NCBI GenBank assembly: GCA_013239625.1
Contig: MU053216.1
Location: forward strand, 1,576,943 to 1,640,942
Source of the DNA: Lama guanicoe
Lineage: Eukaryota
DNA length: 64,000 nucleotides
Direction of reading: 5' to 3'
Position 1 is the first letter of the stretch. Each line of letters begins with the position of its first letter. A model generated the notes under the pieces. It saw only the letters and a list, made by a program, of their open reading frames with translations. It had not been told where the DNA came from and did not search any database. Position numbers and translations under genes: made by a program. Shown piece by piece: positions 36,401-43,946 of this stretch.

Positions 36401-38910
36401 TGCAGAACCTAGGAGACTGTGGGGGACTTCCTAGACACGCCTGCCCGCGCCCCCGGCTAACTAACATGAAAGCAGAGAACCTGTGCTGTCCCCGAGGTGG
36501 CCCCTGGGGACGGGCTGGATTTTGTCATTGAAGACCTGTGTGTATGAACTGCCTGTCACCTTCCAGCGGTCGTTTACCGAGTCACTCAGTGTCCTGACCC
36601 TGTTTCCTCACCTGTCCTGAGTGAGGACGCCTGTGTCACAGGCTGTGGGCTGGTTGTTTATTAAATAACTCCTGGCAGGGGTCCCTGGGCGGGTGCCTTA
36701 CGCAGAGCAGTGCTGACCTCCCTCGGCACCCTGCAGCGTGGGCGTCACTGCCGCCCCGTGGTCTGGCTGAGCCGGGGACCCCGCCTGGTTGCCCCGAGTC
36801 AGGGTCTGCATGCTGCCTGCCGGGCTCCCAGACCGCCTGCCGTGTGTGTCCTGTTAACAGTACCGCGTGGTGTATGTGAAGGCCGCTGAGACGGTCAGTC
36901 TTAAAAGCTCTGATCTCAAGAAAACATCTTGTAACTATGAGGGGACGGACGTTAACCAGACTCACCGGGTGATTATTTCATAATAGGCAGGTTTCGTGCT
37001 GTACACCTGAGACTAACACGGTGTCACGCGCCAGTTACTTCTCAGTAAGGCTGGTAAGATGCGTGTGTAAAGCTCTGAGGGCGTAATTTTTGCTTCATGT
37101 ATTAGTTATCTCCCCTCCTTCCAAGGGAGGTTTCGGAAGTTTCATTCCTATAGATATTTAAATAGGCAAATGCTATTACCAATGCTGTAGCACACAGCAG
37201 AGGGTCTCCGTATTTAATGCAGAATCAACGAGCAATTTACTTGGAAACTGCGCTTCTGTGAAGCAGGCGCTCGCACTGTGCGATCGCAGTCTCCGGGACG
37301 GAGCTCCAGGCTCGCTCTGGACTAGAACGCCGCTCCCCGGCAGGGCCCACGGAGCTGACCGACGCGTGCGCTCCGCATCGTGCTTGTGCGGTAACACGCT
37401 TCACCGTTCTCTGTAGGTCACCAAACGGATGAAGGCCAGTGCCGTGGGGTTGATCGGATCCCTCGAACACCTCTTTGCTGAGTGGAAAACAGTAAGAGAA
37501 GCTTTACGCTGCTTCTGTGTTTTGTGCTGTTTAGTGTATTTGCGCTCTTGGCTCTGGTGGGGGGGCTCTGCTCGCGGCCCGCCGGCCCTCCGCGCAGTGC
37601 AGTGGGGCAGGCGCGGGGGTCCCTCAGGCGTCTCTCCGGGATGTCGTGATTACGTCTGAGTGATGACGACACACTGCATAGAGATGGGCCAGCACGTGTG
37701 TATTCTGTCTGCGTCTTACTGCTGCTCAAACTTTGCTTGAATAGTCAGTGTAGGCTAAAAAATAGTGTTTAATAATCAATATGTTCAAAGGTTTTAAGAT
37801 ACAGAAAATTAGACATTATCTTATTCTCATGTCGTAAGTAAACAGAAAAATATAAACCAAGTATATAATCAATGTATTAAAAAGAAGAGAAATTTCTATG
37901 GCTTGAAAATGTTTAAAATGAATGGGAGATATAAAGTTAAGCTCTTAAAAACGAAATAAATTTTCCTTCTATGATATTGGATAATAATAAATGGTATTGT
38001 TGTATTTCATTCTCATGGAATAGGATGATTGGACTTTGCGTTAAATTAATTAAAATGTTTAATTTCTTCTGGAAACAGTAGCTGTTAACGCTGTAACTCG
38101 GGCTGGCCTGCAGAAGCAGCGTCAAGCGCTGTGAGGAGGTCAGACGCCCTCTTTCTCAAGGACCCGAGTCTGGCAATTAAAGTTGCTCTGATGAAGACTT
38201 ACTGCCACGTAGCCTGTTACGCATTTTTTAAAACATTCACTCTATTTACACAGAAGAGTTTCAGAACGCAAGAAGAAAATCCTGAATACCAAGACTTGAA
38301 GAAGATGGTTAACCTTGCCCCAGAGTTCTTGAAGTTAAAACGTGGCTTAGAGCAAACCATTCAAATGACTGTTTCTGCAATGAGAGGTGCGTATCCAAGT
38401 GGGATTTATAGTTCACCACAGTGTGATAGTTTAAGTCTCAGACGCCTTTCATTTCTAGTCTGAGTCTTCAGCTGAAGCCTAATTCATCGGCATGAATTAC
38501 CTGTAGGGGCTTGTGGCTGGGTCCCCACTGAATAGACATAAGCCCCTCGGCCTAAATAACTAGAGCCTGAAACCCAGGCTGCTTACTTAGCAGCCGAACG
38601 GGATAATCTTAAGCAGCTTGAAGCTGTCTGGAGAGGGTGGCTTTGGCTTAAGTGCCTCTCGGGTCGGCACAGCACTAACGCCTGGTGAGAACTCAAGAAT
38701 TGTATCGAGAGTCTCTGCAGCTCGGCCAGAGCCGTCCAGGCTCGGGGCCCTGCCTCTGCCCAAAGCTCTGCGGGGAGCGGGGCTCGGGGGGACCACGGGG
38801 CCTTGGGGTCTCTGGCCACCTCGCTCCTCTTGTGTTTTGAATCTGAAGAAAGACCGGATCTGCTGGAACCTTGGGACGCGTGTAACCAAGGCCCCGGAGC
38901 AGAAGGCTGA
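182..38910 (+). CDS. KIF14: Kinesin-like protein KIF14 (kinesin-3), 28 coding exons in window, 5'-partial; ~1220 aa encoded here
   Basis: Manually spliced exons give a continuous frame with P-loop GQTGSGKS, switch I SSRSH, switch II DLAGSE, PYRES, an FHA region ([12 protein letters not shown]...[17 protein letters not shown]) and KIF14-specific segments ([41 protein letters not shown]). Identity is from recalled human KIF14. Confidence 0.95.
800..1030 (-). mobile_element. MIR SINE
   Basis: ttattcccatttcacagaagagggg...cttgtccaaggtcacagagct...gccaagatttgaactc matches the MIR core in reverse. Confidence 0.75.
1145..1232 (+). CDS. KIF14: KIF14 exon
   Basis: ccag|[36 protein letters not shown] |gtatgt; 88 bp. 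Confidence 0.93.
4000..4820 (-). mobile_element. Old L1 (L1MB-like) 3' end / ORF2 tail fragment
   Basis: Minus-strand ORFs read L1 ORF2-like ([31 protein letters not shown]); 3'UTR motif cataaaatcaaccatttaaa...cagtggcatttagt. Confidence 0.8.
4867..4959 (+). CDS. KIF14: KIF14 exon
   Basis: ctag| [31 protein letters not shown] |gtaaga; 93 bp. Confidence 0.92.
5455..5619 (+). mobile_element. Young 5'-truncated L1 3' end with poly(A) and 13-bp TSD
   Basis: ...ctgtaaaatgattataaatcaataaaaaatgtt(A)n; TSD gaaaaggatcgtg (5442-5454) / gaaaaggaccgtg (5620-5632). Confidence 0.8.
6049..6101 (+). CDS. KIF14: KIF14 exon
   Basis: cacag| [17 protein letters not shown](T) |gtgagt; 53 bp. Confidence 0.92.
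6902..6932 (+). CDS. KIF14: KIF14 micro-exon
   Basis: atag|[11 protein letters not shown] |gtaagg; 31 bp, phase fits both neighbours. Confidence 0.88.
7426..7533 (+). CDS. KIF14: KIF14 exon (switch I)
   Basis: cctag| [36 protein letters not shown] |gtgcgt; 108 bp. Confidence 0.93.
8395..8511 (+). CDS. KIF14: KIF14 exon (switch II)
   Basis: ccag| [39 protein letters not shown] |gtcggg; 117 bp. Confidence 0.92.
8825..8940 (+). CDS. KIF14: KIF14 exon (GC donor)
   Basis: acag| [40 protein letters not shown]|gcaagt; 116 bp. Confidence 0.9.
10022..10194 (+). CDS. KIF14: KIF14 exon (end of motor, neck linker)
   Basis: gaag|[59 protein letters not shown]|gtgaga; 173 bp. Confidence 0.92.
11221..11368 (+). 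CDS. KIF14: KIF14 exon (coiled coil)
   Basis: ttag|[52 protein letters not shown]|gtgggc; 148 bp. Confidence 0.93.
11599..11662 (+). CDS. KIF14: KIF14 exon
   Basis: aaag|[22 protein letters not shown] |gtatcc; 64 bp. Confidence 0.9.
12970..13154 (+). CDS. KIF14: KIF14 exon (FHA start)
   Basis: ctag| [41 protein letters not shown]...IAEDH TG|gtacgt; 185 bp. Confidence 0.93.
15218..15320 (+). CDS. KIF14: KIF14 exon (FHA)
   Basis: cacag|[35 protein letters not shown] |gtaagt; 103 bp. Confidence 0.93.
16112..16272 (+). CDS. KIF14: KIF14 exon (FHA end)
   Basis: ttag| [17 protein letters not shown]...[18 protein letters not shown]|gtaagt; 161 bp. Confidence 0.93.
16805..16990 (-). mobile_element. 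L1MB-like 3'UTR fragment
   Basis: acataaagttcacctttttagccattttaaa...cagtggtggtaagcacattcgcgccgttgtgcggccatcacc. Confidence 0.65.
17191..17753 (-). mobile_element. Solo LTR (ERV1-like)
   Basis: TGTTACC...CCACA termini; tttatt (minus-strand AATAAA) near the left end; no clear TSD. Confidence 0.6.
18322..18469 (+). CDS. KIF14: KIF14 exon (coiled coil)
   Basis: gcag|[50 protein letters not shown] |gtgcga; 148 bp. Confidence 0.92.
18889..19041 (+). CDS. KIF14: KIF14 exon (coiled coil)
   Basis: aaag| [29 protein letters not shown]...[10 protein letters not shown] |gtaact; 153 bp. Confidence 0.92.
20183..20234 (+). mobile_element. Extremely truncated L1 insertion with 17-bp TSD
   Basis: TSD aaacctttacgcttagt at 20166-20182 and 20235-20251; the insert begins tataaatcaataaaaaatgtt(A)n, identical to the end of the L1 at 5455-5619. 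Confidence 0.8.
20363..20489 (+). CDS. KIF14: KIF14 exon
   Basis: tcag| [43 protein letters not shown]|gtgagt; 127 bp. Confidence 0.9.
22223..22316 (+). CDS. KIF14: KIF14 exon
   Basis: ccag|[34 protein letters not shown]|gtgagt; 94 bp. Confidence 0.9.
22823..22955 (+). CDS. KIF14: KIF14 exon
   Basis: tcag|[45 protein letters not shown] |gtttgg; 133 bp. Confidence 0.91.
24204..25315 (+). mobile_element. 5'-truncated L1 (ORF2 C-terminus + 3'UTR) with 13-bp TSD
   Basis: ORF fragments [18 protein letters not shown] and [16 protein letters not shown]...[17 protein letters not shown] aaaaataaaagca at 24191-24203 and 25316-25328, at a TT/AAAA site. Confidence 0.9.
26669..26769 (+). CDS. KIF14: KIF14 exon
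   Basis: tcag| [35 protein letters not shown]|gtaagg; 101 bp. Confidence 0.91.
30406..30592. mobile_element. Tigger2/MER8-type non-autonomous DNA transposon
   Basis: Degenerate TIRs ccgctgacccttgaacaac ... gtggtgttcagggccagctg; internal gggtttgaactgcgggtcc. Confidence 0.7.
30817..30911 (+). CDS. KIF14: KIF14 exon
   Basis: ccag|[33 protein letters not shown]|gtacct; 95 bp. Confidence 0.89.
33113..33337 (+). CDS. KIF14: KIF14 exon
   Basis: acag|[31 protein letters not shown]...[16 protein letters not shown]|gtgagc; 225 bp. Confidence 0.9.
33499..33680 (+). CDS. KIF14: KIF14 exon
   Basis: aaag|[25 protein letters not shown]...[19 protein letters not shown] |gtaaag; 182 bp. Confidence 0.9.
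35149..35307 (+). CDS. KIF14: KIF14 exon
   Basis: gcag| [36 protein letters not shown]...AAGGQ |gtagcc; 159 bp. Confidence 0.88.
35900..36022 (+). CDS. KIF14: KIF14 exon
   Basis: ctag| [41 protein letters not shown] |gtgaga; 123 bp. Confidence 0.9.
36860..37055 (+). mobile_element. L1 3'UTR fragment (L1MA9-like)
   Basis: gtcttaaaagctctgatctcaagaaaa...ttgtaactatgagggg...ctgtacacctgagactaacac. Confidence 0.6.
37417..37491 (+). CDS. KIF14: KIF14 exon
   Basis: gtag| [25 protein letters not shown] |gtaaga; 75 bp. Confidence 0.88.
38254..38386 (+). CDS. KIF14: KIF14 penultimate coding exon
   Basis: acag| [45 protein letters not shown]|gtgcgt; 133 bp. Confidence 0.89.
38690..38910 (+). CDS. KIF14: KIF14 terminal coding exon (5' boundary uncertain, early stop)
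   Basis: The frame [13 protein letters not shown]...[33 protein letters not shown] resembles the recalled human tail (LQTCVESIC...SLLFCFESEESPDLLKPWE). The acceptor that keeps all of this homologous frame is tgag|AA at 38688-38689, which has a weak pyrimidine tract. Confidence 0.55.
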
Positions 38911-40432
38911 GCGCCGTCTGTGTGGGCAGGCCCGGGCCGGGGGAGCGGGGGCGGGTGCCGGGCGTGGTCGCGCAGGTGGCGGAGGCAACCTCAGCGCCCA
39001 GCGTGCGTGCAGGAGCCTTCAGCCGCCGCCTGAAGCTGGCGCTCACCTCACTGGGAGGCTGTGGCCACAGAGCGAAGGTGGATGGCCATCTCTCTGGCTG
39101 TTCATGCTTACATTTTAAATGTCTTTAACCCTGATGTGCAATCTCTGGTTGGTTCATTACCCTGTTTCTAAGTGGATTTTATGGTTATCGTGGTAGTTTT
39201 AAGTTATTTTCTTGTGAGTGGAAACCTTTGTGTCTGTGCCTTCTCTCTGCAAACCATCCAGAAATCTCATCACCGCGGTGTGGTGAGATTTCTGGTGAAG
39301 TGGCCAAAACAAGTTTAAGGCAGCTGAACTTGCCTGGTTAAATCTGAGTCTTTTCTTGAAGGATTGATTGGGTGGCATTTTGCGTAGTGTGTTCAGGGCA
39401 GTTTCCTGTTTCTTTCCAGATGAGAAGTAGCTGCCTGCCTAAGTGCAGTGTGATGTATGCTAATGAGACGGCTTGTCGGCACAGTAGTTTACTGCATCGT
39501 CTGTGGGGGTTCCATGTGAGAGGCTGTGCGAATGTGGTTTAAAACCAGGCAAAGACTGCAGACTCACACTCAGCTGCTGGGTGGGGTCGGGAGAGCCGAG
39601 GCTGCGTCTTGATAATGCTTGTTCTGAGGAAGGTGTGAGGAGACAGCTTGTGCGTGGCCTGACGCAGATTAAAGGTCCTTGTGACATCCCACAGCTTAGA
39701 AATACCTTTATCTCCAATCAGGTAATAAAGGTAACATTCTACTTTGGGGAGCTCCCATCGAGGAGATGGGTTGACATTTTTGATAGCAGGAGGGTGTGCA
39801 GTGACGGCTCGGTGACAGGAGCAGCTCGGGGAGGGACGCATCTAAACCACCTGGTCCCCCCGTGCCCTCTTCACTCGCAGATCCCACCGCACACCTGGCG
39901 GGGCTGGTGGGGGCGGCCGTTGGCGCCAGGGATGAACTGGATGGTTTTCTGGCTGGGGAGCTGGTTCTGATACGGTGACCATGTTTATTTACGAAGTTAA
40001 TGACCCATGTGCTGTGTTGAAAATGGTGCAGTGTAACGCGTTCGCTTTTGTTTTCTTGTTTTCTTTTCTTTTTGGCGTTTGAGCTCGTAGTCTTGCTGAG
40101 GCTCTGCGTTTGTAATGGTCGGTGCTCTGCCGAGCGGCACTTTTGCTGTCAAGTTTACGAGCAGGTGTACTTACAAGGTTTTTTCCTGAAGGTTGTTCCT
40201 CTTTGAAGAACTTCCTAAAGAATTAGTGTGATAGTTTTTATCTTAATGTTCAGTATTTAATCTCTACTTTGTTTTCTACACTCATGACTTCACTGCTCAG
40301 AAGCTTTTCAGTCTTTGTAAAATGTGTGTGTGTGTGTATATATATATTTATACTCTGGATTGTTCCACAATATTTGAACAATGGTGGAAAATATATTTGC
40401 TCTTAGAATCGTGTGCTAGTAAGACATGTCGT

Positions 40433-40438
40433 AATAAA
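40433..40438 (+). terminator. Candidate KIF14 polyadenylation signal (AATAAA); an alternative lies at 39724-39729
   Basis: AATAAA at the end of an AT-rich 3'UTR-like stretch, followed by T/GT-rich sequence; composition turns GC-rich and repeat-like after ~40500. Confidence 0.55.
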
Positions 40439-41444
40439 GAGAATGCTTTTCTTAAGTCTCGTCTCTGGTCTGAGGTCTGACTCCTAGCAAGTAGAAAATC
40501 GTTCATAAAGCCCGTGTCCGCCCCCTTCCCCGTCCCAGGCACAGGGTCCCATCATTACGCCCGCGCGGTCGCCCTCACGGTCTCACGACATTGCTCCTCT
40601 TCCCTCACGCCTCCCGTCACCCAGCGGGACCAGTTCCGCGGACTCCTCCTCCAGGGAGGCCACCCATCTGTCTGCTGCTGGCTCCCTAGCTCCCTGGCCC
40701 CGCCCACCTCCGGGAGGCTCTTCCTAAATTTGAGCTTATCTCCTCGCCTGCTTCTACACAAGAGCTCTCAGTGCGCGCTTCTGCGCACAGACCAGCACCG
40801 AACAGAGCTCGGCGTCCGACCCCTCCTGCCACAGCTGCCAAAGCACGGCCCGCTCAGCGCCTGCCGGCAGCCGCCGCGCACCCCGGCCCCAGGTGTGGCT
40901 GAAGTAGGCGTACCCCCACCACGCCGCCCGGTCCCGCCCGCCCTGCACAGCCTGTCGTTATAAAGGCTCAGTCTGCTTAACTGAATGCTGCCTTCTTCTC
41001 GGACCTCCTCCCGCTTGGGTCCCTGCACGATGCCGGGCGTGGCTGGCGCCCTGACGGGACGGGCGGGGGGCGGTGGGGGGGCGGGCATCGCGGCACATGC
41101 CTGTCACCGGCAGGACCACAGGGCGGGGCCTGCGGCCTGGACGTCCTCGGAAGGACATCCGGGGAGGCCTGAGCCCAGGGCAAGGCCTTGGACGGGTTTA
41201 GGCCAGGAAGTGATCTGGCGTTTGGGTTCCAGGAGGATCGCTGCGCGTCGGGTAGTGGATGGAGGGGCTGGTCGGGTGCTGGGAGGTGCTCATGGAAGCG
41301 GGAGGAGACGGGAGTGGTTCCCAGAAACAGGAGGGGAAACGGACCAGATTGGTGATGTGGTGACAGGAGGGTGATGAAAGAGAGGAAAAGACTGGTATCC
41401 AGACGTTCGGCCGGCGGAGGAGGGGTGTGGGGGTCACTCGTTCT

Positions 41445-41700
41445 CACAGCTGCCGTCACAGCGTCACAAACCTGAGGCACGATCTGTCTTGCAGCCTGGA
41501 GGCCAGAAGCCCAAGGCTGGGTGTCAGCAGGGCGAGGGCGGGCCTGGCCCAGGCCCCTCCTGGGTGTGCAGGCGCCCGTGGTCCCGCTGCGCGGCTGTCT
41601 CCACACCTCGCCCACCTGTTAGGACGCTGGTCCCTGCTTCATCTCATTGTAACTTGATTCTCTCCCAAAGACCCACCTCCAGACAGGTCACACTCGTGTT
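41445..41700. mobile_element. MaLR (MLT1-like) LTR fragment
   Basis: gctgccgtcacagcgtcacaaacctg...ctggaggccagaagcccaagg...ccagacaggtcacactc. Confidence 0.55.
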
Positions 41701-43704
41701 CTTCTGTCTGCGCCGGCCTCAGACTACCTGGCGCGCCCAGTTCTCTTCAAGTCAGCTTTTTAGCTGAAGAGTGACGAACGCATCACGTGTCCTGCAAGGT
41801 CTTCACTGCGTGTAGACAGCAGGGTGGCCGCGGCCCGGAGGAAGAAACAACGTGACAAGCCCCCAGGAGCCCCCGCCCGATGTCTCCAGGCCGTTAGCTG
41901 TACCTGCGTTTGGACTGTGCACGGACGGGCCGCACCTGGGAGCTCCATGTCTGACCTGCTGCGCGGGGTTAGCTCGTGGGTGGAGCTCCGCCGGGTGCGG
42001 GTATCATGGTTTACCGTGTGCCTGTGGATAGACTGCGCACTGACCGCCCTCCCTGCCCCCGTCCCTGGGCTTGCCACCTTCCAGCGCTTCCCCGCGAGGC
42101 GGGGGCATTCCCTGCCCGCCTCCGGCCGTCGGACGTGCTTCGGCTGAAAGGAAGTGAGCAGGAGGGACGCAGACGGCCGTGGAAAAGTGCACTACTAGCT
42201 GCGAATCCACCGTCGCCACAGGCAGGCTCGTGCAGGCTGGTCCTCAGGGGGACGAGACGCGTGAGGCCGGGGTCTCGCTGGCAGACGTTTAATTCCCCGG
42301 GTGTGGTCATTACGGTAGTGCTGACACGGACGTTCCTGAACGTGCCTGTCGGTGCACACGTCTGCGGTGTCCCAGGTTGCTCAGTGTTTTAGCATTTAAC
42401 AGGAAGGTTCTCCCGCAACTTCCTTTAACAGTTTCACTGTGAAAACACACCCTACCCCCTGAGTAGAGGTAACGTCTGTTTGCTCTTGGTTTCACCCAGG
42501 CCTCTGGAGAGAGTCATGCTCGCAGATAAACCATCCTGAGGCAGCTGTGGCGAATCACCTGCTCCCCGCCGCGCGCGGCTGCCGCCCTTGGCCTCGTGGG
42601 GCTGGCGGGGCGGCCGTGGAGCATGGCCGCGCCTCTGCCTGTGCGGGCGAACCAGGGGGCCAAGTGTCACGCGTGCCCCTGACGACCGTTCGGCGCCACA
42701 TCGTCCCGTGAGCGGGGCCTTCCTGAAGCTCTGCCTCGCACCCCTGGCCCGTCGGCCTGACTGACAAGCCGGCCATCCAGGCCCTCCGGCCAGGCGGGCA
42801 GTGCAGGCTCAGGTTGGACTGACGTGGCCGTGAACGATGCTCCACGGTGGAGAGCGGACCCGATGTAGAGTAGCTGCGTGTGGCTCACGGCCCGGGTGCG
42901 GCTGAGGCAGCCGCGGCAGGCCTGCAGCTCTCGGGAGGTGAGATGTATTCCAGGGGTAAATGATCCTCGCATTTCATTTTGCAGGATGTCAGCAGGGGCA
43001 CCAGCAAACTGACCTTGAGGAAAGTTTTGCACACAAAGAGCAACCGGCTTGTTCTGCGGCGGCTGCCAGGAGATAGTGAGGGTGGGCAGCCGCGGGAAGG
43101 CGCGTCTGTCCTCTCTGAGCGCTGGAGCTGCGTCCTCAGAGGGTCTTGCTCTTGACCTAACGTTTAGGTAACAAAGCAGCAGATGCAACGCCTGAATTGT
43201 CAGCAGCTTCTACAAGACTGGAGATCAGGAGAGCAGCGGCGGCAGAGGCACAGGGCACACGGTCCAACGACCGGGGCCAGTAGGTGGTTCAGGTAACTCG
43301 GCCCAGATCGGGACGTGTAGCCGCCTCTGCTGCCCAGGAGAGAGGCGGCTCCGTTCCGTCCACAGATGCAGTGCTGACCAGACGAGGAAGGGAAGACTTC
43401 CCTGGTGACTCTCAAGAGTTGTCCCTGTCATTTCAACATAAAAACCATGACCAGTCATCATTAAAGACTCACTCGTTACCTCAGTCCTCACAACAGCCTT
43501 GCGAGTTAGCTACTACCATTATTTGTATCTTAAAGTTGAGGAAAATAAAGCACAGAAAGGTTGGGGGACTTGCCCAAGGTCACACAGCTGGTGCCATAAT
43601 GAACACAAGCGTCAGGACGCAGACGTTCTGACCCTGACGGAGAGAAGAGGCCCCAACACAACTGCACGTCGGCATCACCTGGGGCTCCTGGAAAATACCC
43701 CCCC

Positions 43705-43946
43705 ACCCAGGGCCCCAACCCCCAGGGCCCCGACCCCCAGAGCCCTGACCCCCAGNNNNNNNNNNNNNNNNNNNNNNNNNNNNNNNNNNNNNNNNNGCCC
43801 CGACCCCCAGAGCCCTGACCCCCAGGGCCCCGACCCAGAGCCCCGACTCCCAGGGCCCTGACCCAGAGCCCTGACCCCAGGTCCCTGACCCACAGCCCTG
43901 ACCCCAGAGCCCCGACTCCCAGGGCCCCGACCCCCAGGGCCCCGAT
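43705..43946. repeat. GC-rich ~14-15 bp minisatellite (ACCCCCAGRGCCCYG) spanning an assembly gap
   Basis: Repeated units accccagggccccg / accccagagccctg on both sides of the N run. Confidence 0.85.

Noticed and set aside
182..38910. KIF14 as a pseudogene, or identity as KIF13/KIF16B/STARD9
   Set aside because: 27 consecutive exons keep frame with valid splice sites and intact catalytic motifs, and the non-motor segments match KIF14 specifically; only the last exon is abnormal.
43705..43946. CRISPR-like repeat array
   Set aside because: Head-to-tail tandem units with no unique spacers, in a eukaryotic context with no cas genes.
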